This document shows positions 13,165 through 25,607 of a stretch of 58,362 nt of DNA, piece by piece. The DNA lies in contig NC_068994.1 of NCBI RefSeq assembly GCF_001194135.2, forward strand, positions 11,112,760 to 11,171,121, in the 5' to 3' direction. Below the pieces are notes generated by a model. It saw only the letters and a list, made by a program, of their open reading frames with translations. It was not told where the DNA came from and searched no databases. This DNA comes from Octopus bimaculoides (lineage: Eukaryota). Every line of letters begins with the position of its first letter. Position 1 is the first letter of the stretch. The position numbers and the translations under genes were made by a program.

Positions 13165-13616
13165 GTAACCTACGAGATTAAAATACGACGTTCGCTGCCA
13201 ATTGTTCTTAATTAACCCCGATGCCAAATTGTGGAAAATGTAGCTCTCATTGCCCCCAAGAGGGGCGTAAGAACGGATCTGCAACTCGTAATGCATGCTA
13301 TGCCAACATGTTCTTCTGTATTGGCAAATCTCCACGGGAGAGGGAAAACGAAGAATAAGAAGAACACGAAGAAGAATAAGAAGAAGAATAACAAGGAGTA
13401 GAGGAACGAGTTTTTCGTTCCATTTTTGTTCCTTGTATATTCCCTTCCGATATTTATTACCTAAGCTATTGTGATTGTTAAGGCTGTTATTGTTATCAAT
13501 GCAACAAGAAGAAGAAGAACGACAACAACGACTACTACTACTGCTACTACTACCCACTACTGCTACTACTACTACTACTTCCAACAGCATTATCAATAAC
13601 AACAACAGATTTCTTG

Positions 13617-13810
13617 TCGCTGCCGCCGCCACTGCCGTTTCTGCCGCCTCCTCTTCCTCCGCTGTCGCCGTCGCTGCATCCACCTCCACCGCCGCCTCCA
13701 CCTCTGCCGCCTCCACCTCCTCTTCCTCCTCCGCCGCCGCTGCCGCCACCTCCTCCGCCGCCTCCACCTCCGCCGCCACCTCCAACTCCGCCGCCGCCTC
13801 CAACTCCGCC
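13617..13810. repeat. GC-rich CCG/CCT/CCA triplet tract
   Basis: Direct reading; yields poly-P, Ala/Ser and Glu/Ala ORFs typical of low complexity. Confidence 0.85.
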
Positions 13811-14069
13811 CCTATTACTACCAATAACAACAACAACAACAACAACAGCACCAACATCATCGCCACCACACTACTACGAACACATCACCATTATCATAAC
13901 CACTGTCAGAGCCAACACCACAACTGCATTACTTCCACCATTACCATCATCATCGTCGTCCTAATTAACATCATCTCTACGGTAAAAGATGAATATAAAC
14001 AACAACAATAACAATACCAGGCACTACCTATTATGGCTTCTCATCTTAACTGATTGTAAGTGTTATCAT

Positions 14070-14555
14070 GTACATTGTTTTGTATTGGCGTAAAAGATGA
14101 GCTACGGCAAATATTCTGCTCAATACTACACATCTGCTTGTCAGTTGTTTGGCCTTAAACAGTTGAGCATGTCCTTTAGTGGCTGGCGATATGTGAATCT
14201 CTACTCGCGAGCAGAAGTATTGGGGAGCATCATAGCCACGTGTTGAGAGGAATTCTTTGGGATTTGAATAATTCACCTTTGGAAACATGGGTGTTTCGTG
14301 TATCATCCTTAAACGTACCTTATTCAGGGACGTTTTGAGAGGGATGGGCTACTAGACCTGAAGAAAATTCTAACTGGGTCCCACCTGCAAGGTCATGCGC
14401 TGTTTATCTTGATGTGAGATCACCATGTTTTGCACATATGGTTGTCATGCATGTGCCTGGTGTACCCTTATCAAACGGGTAGTCATGATGGGTATAATGG
14501 GCTTGGTATATTTGTACCCCATTTTGATGGCATGCTCTGCTCTGTCACTCAATTA
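14070..14555 (+). mobile_element. Interspersed repeat ending in an (AAT)n tail; probable LINE 3' region
   Basis: Second copy at 54012-54300 shares gaagaaaattctaactggg...aaggtcat.cgctgtttatcttg...tacccttatca..cgggtagtcat.atgggtataatgggctt; both end at tcactca followed by an (AAT)n-type tail. Confidence 0.75.
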
Positions 14556-14596
14556 CAGCAACAACAACAGCAACAATAATAATTATAGTAATAATG

Positions 14597-14648
<52 letters not shown>

Positions 14649-14701
14649 TAATAATAATAATAATAATAATGATAATAATAATAATAATAATAATAATAAT
14701 A

Positions 14702-15081
14702 GTATTAATTGAGAAAGAAATCAAACGATGTTGGATCATGGATATAGCATGCCCAGCTGACAAGTTATACGATAAGTAAGAAAGAATAGTCGATAGATAT
14801 AACAGGTTAGCTTGGTAGGTTAAGCAGTTGTGGTCGATGAAAAATGTGGTAGCAGTACCAATAATTGCCGGAGCCTTGGGAACAGTGAGTAAAAATCTTG
14901 AGAAGTACATGGAACAAATAAGGGCTGCAATAAGGGTGGAGCATTTTCAGAGAAAAAGCACTGCTTGGAACCGTTCGAATACGTCGGAAGGTGCTCGAAA
15001 AATAAGAAGTGTTACCTTAGTTCACTGGTAGTGAACAGCTGACACCGTAGTACATCTCCAGCGTTAGAAACTGTGCAAAGG
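14702..15081 (+). mobile_element. 5'-truncated R4/Dong-clade LINE (restriction-like endonuclease C-terminus plus 3' UTR) in (TAA)n
   Basis: VLIEKEIKRCWIMDIACPAD...LWSMKNVVAVPIIAGALGTVSKNLEKYMEQI...ALLGTVRIRRKVLEK* (with frameshifts); (AAT)n on both sides. Confidence 0.88.
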
Positions 15082-15141
15082 TAATAATAATAATAATAAT
15101 AGTAATAATAATAATGATGATGATAATAATCATAATAGTAA

Positions 15142-15174
15142 ATCTCCAGCATTAGAAGCCGTGCAAACACAATA

Positions 15175-15180
<6 letters not shown>
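15142..15180 (+). mobile_element. Extremely truncated Dong-type 3' end
   Basis: atctccagcattagaagccgtgcaaacacaataaataat resembles the end of the 14702 copy (atctccagcgttagaaactgtgcaaa) and matches the post-gap end acacaataaataat at 16167. Confidence 0.75.
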
Positions 15181-15239
<59 letters not shown>

Positions 15240-15264
15240 TAATAATAATAATAATAATAATAAA

Positions 15265-16359
<1,095 letters not shown>

Positions 16360-16379
16360 CGTTTGTACTATAGGTATTG

Positions 16380-16470
16380 AAATTTTGCAGGTATAGGGCT
16401 AGTCGATTACATCGACCCCAGCACACGACTGGTATTTATTTTCTCGACCCGGAAAAGAGGAACGGCAAAG
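16380..16470 (-). mobile_element. SINE family A fragment
   Basis: gctagtcgattacatcgaccccagcacacgactggtatttattttctcgacccggaaa. Confidence 0.75.
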
Positions 16471-16945
16471 TGGAATACAAATTCTAGACGTCAGGTAGCT
16501 TGTTTTTGCCCTTTGCTTGACACAGAACTGCGGCTTTGTCAACAAGACGAATTTTGGAGAAAGATGTCTTACAAACTTTGACCAAACCTGTTTCCAATCA
16601 GCAAAGCGTTCGATTTAACAGTAAATAGAATGAACAGATCTTCTAGACCAGTTAGACATGAACAAGAGTAAGGCAGGACGGTCATGCGTTAACAGATGAC
16701 AGCGACGATGTAGGCGTTCACCACCTTCGTTCGACGTTTCGACTGTGCTTGACGTCATTAACTTTGCCACGCCTTGGTAGATTTCTTTCTTCTCCTCTCT
16801 CTTCGTGTTTACAGATTCATATCACTTTCACCCTCTTTCTCTTGCACGTTTTCTTTGGCGCCGAGCTCTACTTATCCTCTCACACCTTACCAGACTATGT
16901 CTTACTCTCTCTCTCTGTATATCTATCTATTTTTATCTCTGCCTG

Positions 16946-17035
<90 letters not shown>

Positions 17036-17272
17036 TCTCTCTCTGTATTCATCTATCTATAGAGCTAGTTATCTATTTATCTTTCACTACACACCATTAT
17101 CAGAACCAAAGTCATTGCCAATTCTTCCACTATCAGCACTAACATGTATATGTGTGTGTGTGTGTGTATGTGTGTGTATACATACATATATATATACATA
17201 TATATATATATACATATAGACAGAAACACACGCATATATATATACACACAGATACACAGACGCACACACACA

Positions 17273-17305
<33 letters not shown>

Positions 17306-19551
17306 CACACTTGTCAGGCTGTGCATTTGAAATCCAGGAGGAGGAAAATTACTATGAAACCCCTAGTAAACTAAAGAGCTAGAGGGGACAGTGAAGCCTT
17401 TGCGGCCCCTAGATGTAGCCGAAAATGTAGGCCGGCATATTTCTGTGCAAGATGCCTACATAGAATTAGTAACTGCACCTTATTCGGCACTGTCTTGTAA
17501 CTATAACGATATGCAGTGCCATTCGAGAAACAGCTTACCTGGAAATTAGAAAATAATCCTGTTATTCAATATATACACAAACATCAATATAAGGGATGCT
17601 AGTGTAACATTATCATCAAAACATTCATCAAGTATAAACGTAACAGGCCGGATATTGTTGGTCGGGACGGACAAGAAAAAGCACGTACTTCCTGGAGGAA
17701 ACCTCAAGCTTCAATATTCAGATTATGAATTCAATATTTATATTAATAATAATTTGTGCACTGGGATAAGCTAGGATTCTCAGGAAAGGAAATCAACCAA
17801 CTAATTCACACGTTATAAATACAATCTGTAAGTGGAACAGTGAAATTATGCAAGACTTTTCTTAAGTTAAAAATGTGAATTTGTCTTTGTTAACTCTATT
17901 CCAGTGACGGAGCTTTGTATCTTTGTTAGAAACCAGCTCCTTCTTCAGAGAAAGAATTTAAAATTTACAGGATTGAGTACAGAAGAGAGCACATACACAC
18001 ACACACACACACACACATACACACACACACATTCACTCACAAAGATATATACATATACATACATACATACATACGTACACACACACACATACATACATAC
18101 ATGCACACATACATACATACATACATACATACATACATACACACATACATACGCACATACATCCATCCACATATATATATATATATANNNNNNNNNNNNN
18201 NNNNNNNNNNNNNNNNNNNNNNNNNNNNNNNNNNNNNNNNNNNNNNNNNNNNNNNNNNNNNNNNNNNNNNNNNNNNNNNNNNNNNNNNNNNNNNNNNNNN
18301 NNNNNNNNNNNNNNNNNNNNNNNNNNNNNNNNNNNNNNNNNNNNNNNNNNNNNNNNNNNNNNNNNNNNNNNNNNNNNNNNNNNNNNNNNNNNNNNNNNNN
18401 NNNNNNNNNNNNNNNNNNNNNNNNNNNNNNNNNNNNNNNNNNNNNNNNNNNNNNNNNNNNNNNNNNNNNNNNNNNNNNNNNNNNNNNNNNNNNNNNNNNN
18501 NNNNNNNNNNNNNNNNNNNNNNNNNNNNNNNNNNNNNNNNNNNNNNNNNNNNNNNNNNNNNNNNNNNNNNNNNNNNNNNNNNNNNNNNNNNNNNNNNNNN
18601 NNNNNNNNNNNNNNNNNNNNNNNNNNNNNNNNNNNNNNNNNNNNNNNNNNNNNNNNNNNNNNNNNNNNNNNNNNNNNNNNNNNNNNNNNNNNNNNNNNNN
18701 NNNNNNNNNNNNNNNNNNNNNNNNNNNNNNNNNNNNNNNNNNNNNNNNNNNNNNNNNNNNNNNNNNNNNNNNNNNNNNNNNNNNNNNNNNNNNNNNNCCG
18801 CTGCCGTAGTCTCCTTTAGAGAGACTTAGAAATATTAATAACTCTATTATATATATATATATATATATATACATACATGCTTACAAATATAATGAAACGA
18901 CGAGAGATATGAACGACAAAAAATACATCATATTGAAGGAGAGAGAGAGAGAGAGGGAGGGAGAGAGAGAGAGAGAGGGAGAGAGAGAGAGAGTGAGAGA
19001 GGGAGAGAGAGAAAGAGAGAGAGAGAAGAAGCAAAAACGAAGAGGAACTAATATGCGCGTAGAGGAAACAGAATTCGTTGATACGAGCTTGAGGGAGAAG
19101 GTGGAAAATGTCAGAAGTCGAGACACAGTCAAGTAAAGAAGCACAGATAAAGACAACTGAACAAAACATGAAGAGTGAAGTTTAAAATGGAAACAGCTTC
19201 TTACATATCCTCAAACGCAATGTTGTACAGAGACATATGATATATGAGTCTTAGACAGGTATTCGCAGAAATGTCGGCAAGTCTTATTCCAGTAAAGATA
19301 CCGTGTAGTTCGAAGAAAAGGTCAAAGCCGATCAATAAGGCTATAGGTTGCAACACTGATAGCGTAAGATTTTTCAGACTTTTTAGCAGGGTCTGTAGTG
19401 TGACGTCATTCGTCGGCTGAACTTCCATTTTTACAATTTGGCAACGAACGTTGAGGAGACTGGAAATATATACTTCGTCTACTATCACCACCACCATAAC
19501 CATCCCCAGAACTATTGTTGCTGCTTCAACAACAGCAACAACACTACTAGT

Positions 19552-19770
19552 ATAATCTTTTCAACTCAAGGTACAAGGCCTACAGGTTTTGAGGGGCGGG
19601 GACTAGTCGATTACATCGATCCCAGTGTTTCACTGGTACTTAATTTATCGACCCCGAAAGGATGAAAGCAAAGTAGACCTCGGCGGGATTTGAACACAGA
19701 GCATAAAGGCGGACGAAATGCCGCTGAGCATTTTGTCCTGCGTGCTAACGATTCTGCCAGCTTGCCGTCT
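19552..19770 (-). mobile_element. Near full-length SINE family A
   Basis: Antisense to 34326 copy, including B-box-like atttgaac and head gctaacgattctgccagc. Confidence 0.85.
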
Positions 19771-19773
19771 CAC

Positions 19774-19820
<47 letters not shown>

Positions 19821-19825
<5 letters not shown>

Positions 19826-19927
19826 AGTAACCATAAGAGCATCACAGCAAACCACAACACATACCCAAGGCACACAGAGCTGCGCTCGGTAGTGAAGTGA
19901 AAGTACGTTATAAAAATAAAACTACTT
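19821..19927 (+). mobile_element. Short unique segment flanked by (AAT)n; probable 3' UTR of another TAA-targeting LINE
   Basis: (AAT)n on both sides, as for the Dong pieces at 14.7-16.3 kb; no coding motif, so assignment is by analogy. Confidence 0.5.
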
Positions 19928-22029
19928 AATAATAATAATAATAATAATAACAACAGCAACAACACGAGCATTCAGAGGGCAAACTTCCGCTAAGGCAACA
20001 CCAACGTCCTCTCAACAATTAGCCAGAGATGCTTTTTAAAATGAGAATATCTAAAATAAGCTCGACTGCTCTCACAAACGAGAATTCTAAAAATGAACCC
20101 TACCGCTCTCAAGAATTAAGTAAAAAAAAAAAAAAAGAACAGTAAAGTAATCCAGATCACTTATCCGCGATCTTAATGGTAGTCATGCTATGCTATGTGA
20201 ATGTGGCTGTAGAAAATTTAATTTAATAACAGTAATAAATAGTTTATCCTTATCTAATAATACAAGCCAAATTCAACATTCAAAATAACTTCAAAGGCGG
20301 AGGTAATAAGTATAACTTCTACTCGGGAATTTTTAAATGAATAGCATGAGACCTTTTGCTTTTCTTTTCTCTTAAGTTCCAGCCTTGCTTTAGTATTCTT
20401 GTTGTTTTAGATCGATGTATAGATGTATGTATATATGTAACTATACTGTAAAGTGTCAATGTTTATGTATAATATATAATGTATATATTATAAAAATATA
20501 TTAGTGTTATTTAATTTCTGAAATGTTTTGCTGCCGTTTGCTTATGCAGTTTGATTTCTTCATCCAGTTTCTACTGAGATAGAGACGCGAGTAAAATTAA
20601 TAATAGAGAAACGAAAATAAAACCTCGGAAACAGCCTAAAGGGAGATAACTGAGAAAGACTTGAAAGTCAACATAATATCGTAATCGTAACAAATAATCC
20701 AGAATCTTTGTCCGGTACCGGATCCATCCCACAATCTAATCAGCTCGTGCTAGTCAAACAGCCCTGGATTAGATGAAGAACCTGAAACCACTGCCTCAAA
20801 GCAAGCGAAACGGAGCAAGCAGACTGCAAAAAAGAACGGGTAGTAATATCCGGTGCCATTAATCGTAAGAAATAACGTTATTTGAGTCTGGTAGATAAGT
20901 CCCTATGATTACAAATAATGACCTAGTTAAAATTAAGGATGCTCTTAAAAGTTTAAGCGCAATATACAGTATGAATCTGTGTTAGGTAAAAAGGTATAAC
21001 AAATAAATAGAATGCTGTTAAGTGCGGCCCGAGCTATCTACTCATTAAGAAAATTAAATCCAATCAGCTCGGTTAGAATAGGCTAGATCGCTCGTTTAAT
21101 CGAATATATGTTAGTGGCAACCCCAGCAATTAGTATGTTCATCAGTGATCTAACTTTAATTAGAATATATTAAAGAGAATTATAGCTCTGGGTGTACATC
21201 ATGCATTTAAGATAATTCAGTTAGTCGGAGTAATTTAATTTAATTGTGATTTATGATATTAAATCGTGCTCTGTAGTAAGGGGAAGTGTCAAGAGGAGGT
21301 AATCAAATGCTAGACAAGTCAGCTACTAACTTGTAATGTAGAGATTAGCGGTATTTAGAGAATAAGAATTTATCTTTATGTAAACATGTTCTATTCTTCT
21401 CGTCTCGTGTATTAAGTAATTCTGATTTGGCCATTAAAATGAAGAATTTCTCATTTATGCATAAATTGCAGCGTTTATTTTGAAGGTTGCATGAAGATGT
21501 TTTGGCTAGCATGCGCCATTCTAATCTATATTTAATTTTATTATCTTTAAGTTCTCAGATGTAACTGCGTAGTCCGGTAGAGTTAGCCTTATTTCTATTC
21601 CTGAAGCCTGAGAGATGGGAATTATATCTAATTTTCATTTCAGTTTTAGTTGCTCCTATATAAGTACTCTTGTTAATTATTGGAGAATACATCACATTAT
21701 TAAATTACATTCTAAGTTTTATATTTATTCACGAATTCACAAGTATTTTTATCTCTGCAACCACATAGATTAGCAAGGTTATCTGTGCCTATGATATGGT
21801 TAGGGGGATTATCATTTATAAGGTGGTTGTCCGTATTTTTGTACAGGGCGAATTATTTGGGGGACCGCTTAATAATCCAATCGACTGGTTGTTGTGATTA
21901 TTATTGTTATTCTTCCTAGTTTCCTAGAAGGAGTCTAGCTTTTTATTGTTAATAGAGATCTTAAGTACGATGCCTTAACAATTCTGTTACCCTGAAAGGG
22001 TTCCAGACAATAATGATTATAACGTTGGT

Positions 22030-22430
22030 TTCAAATTTTGGTGTATGACCAGGATTATTTAGAGGAGGGTTAGTCGATTACATTACCCCCGATGTTCAAC
22101 CAGTACATTACTTTATCGACCTCGAAATGATAAAAGGCAAAGGCGGTGGAATTTTGCCCGCCGTGCTTACGATTCCGCCAGTTAAACTTACGATTCCGCC
22201 CTCTTAAACATTTCGAATTTTGGCACAAGGCCAGCAGTCTTTTGGGAGAAAGGGTTAGTCGACTACACCACCTCCAGTGCTTAGTAAATATTTTATTTTA
22301 TTGACTCCGAAAGAATGAAAGTCAATACGTAACTTAGTGTTGTTTGCGTTTAGAGCGTAAAATGCCGTAAGAAATGCTGCTAAGCAATTTATCCGGCGTG
22401 GTAACAATTCCGTCAGCTCGGTGTCTATTA
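22030..22430 (-). mobile_element. Two tandem degenerate SINE family A copies
   Basis: ttagtcgattacattacccc...tttatcgacctcgaaatgataaaaggcaaag, then gggttagtcgactacaccacctccagtgc...gactccgaaagaatgaaag. Confidence 0.7.
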
Positions 22431-22689
22431 ATGATAATAACAGAGAATCAATCACATTTTTTCCAGCTTTCGAGCCTAACGTTAAATCATATTGTTTCTG
22501 GCTGTCCACTCTCAACTCAATCAATCACTGTGATTCTAATTGCTCAGATTTTAGCCAAATGATAAATACATATGAAAGAAAGAGAAAGTTAGAGCTGTCA
22601 CACATCAGTGATTATTCCAGCGTTATGAAATATCAATAGGAAAGAAAACGCGTAAATATCTAAAGAAAAGGTTTCAAAAAATGACAAAT

Positions 22690-22900
22690 TAACCATACTC
22701 TAGAATATTCGAATTCACACGGACAGTGAAAGATGAAGAATAATCAACCAGATATCATTGTCAAGGACCATTAAGGAAGTAATTGACTAGTGATTGACGT
22801 ACGAGCAGGAACTCAATATAATGGATCTGTGACAGAAATAAGAGAAAGAAACCATATATAAAGATCTAGAAATGGAGATAACCAGAAAGTAGGGAGTGAA
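22690..22900 (+). mobile_element. Old R4/Dong-clade endonuclease fragment
   Basis: TIL*NIRIHTD...NQPDIIVKDH...LVIDV...YKDLEMEITRK resembles the PD-(D/E)xK domain of this clade; followed by aataataat. Confidence 0.7.
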
Positions 22901-23415
22901 AATAATAATTTAAATATAATCATAACAAAAAAGCAAGAAAAAGAAAACAGTAGGGGGTCTTGGTAGATAATATGTGTGTGTTAATGTTTGTTCAAGTGAA
23001 TTTAGTTTTCTTAATGATTTATACAGAAGAAAAACGAGAGGTTAACATCAAACAACCTGTTGCCTGCTGCAGATATATCGATGGAATGTCTATTTTTAAA
23101 CTACAATTATGTTGAACTTTTCTTGGAAAAATATATCCAGAAAATTCCGGAAGCGGATTGAAAGGGAGACTCGATAGTTGAAGTTAACGGTTTAGATGTT
23201 AAGGTAGTGTGTGGCGGTAAAAGTGTTGTGACTTCAAGTATACGCTTGTAGTTATTGGTCCATTATTCCGTAGGGTATTATAATTTTCGGTTTAATATAT
23301 TTTCAACCAGTATATTCTATTATATTTAATAACTTATTTTAATGTTCTATATTTTTTGATGTTCTATATTTTTATAATTCTTGGAATAGTATTGCGCATT
23401 TCGAGGATGTTTCTT

Positions 23416-23520
23416 TGCTGTTTTCTAAGTTGCATTTTTGAAATTCTGTTCTTCACAAGATATACGTATGAACAGATCTTATGAAGAAAGAATTTCATAA
23501 ATGCAACTTAGAAAACAGCA
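23416..23520. repeat. Near-perfect inverted repeat (46/45 nt arms, 14 nt loop)
   Basis: tgctgttttctaagttgcatttttgaaattctgttcttcacaagat pairs with atcttatgaagaaagaatttcataaatgcaacttagaaaacagca; two mismatches and one bulge. Confidence 0.92.
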
Positions 23521-23700
23521 TGTTTTCGTATACATTCGCTGTTTTCTTCCAACGAATCTTGTGCTCTTAGCCTAGTTTTTCGATGGGGCTGGCCAGATTG
23601 GAACAATCACGAGTGTAACCAGTAGAAATTGTAAAGATAATCTGGAACTCAAGTGAGGAAAGAACACTCCGAATGACCCGTCCTCGTTTTTTCTTGTTCC
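23521..23700 (+). repeat. Unclassified interspersed repeat; second copy at about 27860-28010
   Basis: Shared gtatacattc.ctgttttcttccaa.gaatct..tgctcttagc...ggctggccagattgga.caatc.cgagt..aaccagt.gaaatt..aaagataatctggaa. Confidence 0.8.
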
Positions 23701-24406
23701 TTTTTTGAATCATCTGTCCGGATGTTTTGTTGTCCCTTTTAAGTATCATCTAACTGTCTGGATATTTTGCGTTTTTGCCCCATTTTTTGTATTCCTTTAG
23801 TAGACTTCTTCCAGAAACTCGGCGCGTCGGATTAGGTTTATGTTAAAGGCATGACCAGATACATGAAAGTCCAAGTTACATATCGGAAAGTATACACCCA
23901 TATAGAAACATGTATTCATATAAGCATACGAGTATGCACGTGAAAATATGATACATATGCATAAATTTATAACACAGGTGAATGCATATATACATTGATA
24001 CACACATGAACATAACTAGAATTGGATACACGGAAAATTTAGGAAGAGGTACATGGATTGTATATGTAATTTGAAGACACAGGTTTATAACAAATAAGGT
24101 GACACTCTTTCTGCTCAGTGGATACGTTAAGAGCACAAGAATATAGGAAATATTCTGTTAATTGGGCCCTCAGTCAGTGAAATACTAAATCCTATGACCA
24201 AGATAATTGGAAATTTCATTCATTGAGTTTCACGTAATATCCATCAAATCACCATACACGTATATACGTATATGCATATACAAGAGCAACAAACACAAGC
24301 ATGGATGTATACAGGTAAACATATGTATATAAGTGTGTGCCTGTGTGTGTGTGAGTGTGTGTACATATATATATATATATACAAAAAGGTGAAAGCTATA
24401 CGTAAT

Positions 24407-24452
<46 letters not shown>

Positions 24453-24545
24453 AATGTATTGTGTAGGTATGTATCAATGTAAGTGTGCGTGTATAGACAT
24501 ATAAAACAATGTATGAGTATATGTATGTATATATGTGTATATAAA

Positions 24546-24578
<33 letters not shown>

Positions 24579-25227
24579 GGATATGTTTATAGATATCTAT
24601 ACATATGTATGTATATATATAAATAAATATTCATATTTGTGAATGGGAGTGTGTATATATGTATGTGTCTATACATGTATATGTATGCATACATACATGT
24701 ATATATATACTTACATATATACATATATGTTTGTTTATGTCAGTGTGTGTGTTTGTGTGTGTTTATGTGTGAATGTGAGTGTCTGTGTTTCTATGTATGT
24801 GTGTGAATGTGCGTGTGTAGTTATGTTGCTAATTTGTGAGAAAACTCGTAGTGATCAGCAATAGCGACAAACATCGCCTTCGACAAAACAAAAACCCTGA
24901 AAGATATCGCCTGGAATATCATTGGAAGATGGAATTAAATTCTGTTCATGAAAGACAAAGTCAAAATGAAAGCGAAAACAAAGCAGAAAACATGGAGACG
25001 AAAATTCCAAGAGAACAACAAAAGCGATTCTATCTTTCCCAGCATGCTTTGCGATATGACATTGCAGGTATATCATGGCAGACAATGTCTTTATATGTCA
25101 CATCAAAGGAACTCTCAGCGTTTGTTATGTGCTTGTCATCTTATATGTATGTATGTATGTTTATATATATATATATGCACATATATATACATATATATAC
25201 ATATATATATTTGTATACACACACACA

Positions 25228-25280
<53 letters not shown>

Positions 25281-25359
25281 ATGAATATATATACATATAT
25301 ATGTACATGTATACATATACATATGCATACATATACATATACGTATATATATATATGTA

Positions 25360-25398
<39 letters not shown>

Positions 25399-25424
25399 AT
25401 ATCTATCTATCTATCTATATATAC

Positions 25425-25465
<41 letters not shown>

Positions 25466-25568
25466 NNNNNNNNNNCATTTGTAGCCACGTGGTTTCCCAG
25501 CATGCATGCCAGGAAAGCAACATTCTTGCCCACTTCCTCCTCTATCACCTCTTTCGTTCTTCTTCTCT

Positions 25569-25607
<39 letters not shown>

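Noticed and set aside
13614-13964. Formin/extensin-like polyproline ORF
   Set aside because: Triplet low complexity open in several frames; no flanking domain or splice support.
20695-20760. Palindrome TCCGGTACCGGA, possibly a repeat fragment
   Set aside because: Single occurrence here; cannot be classified from this window.
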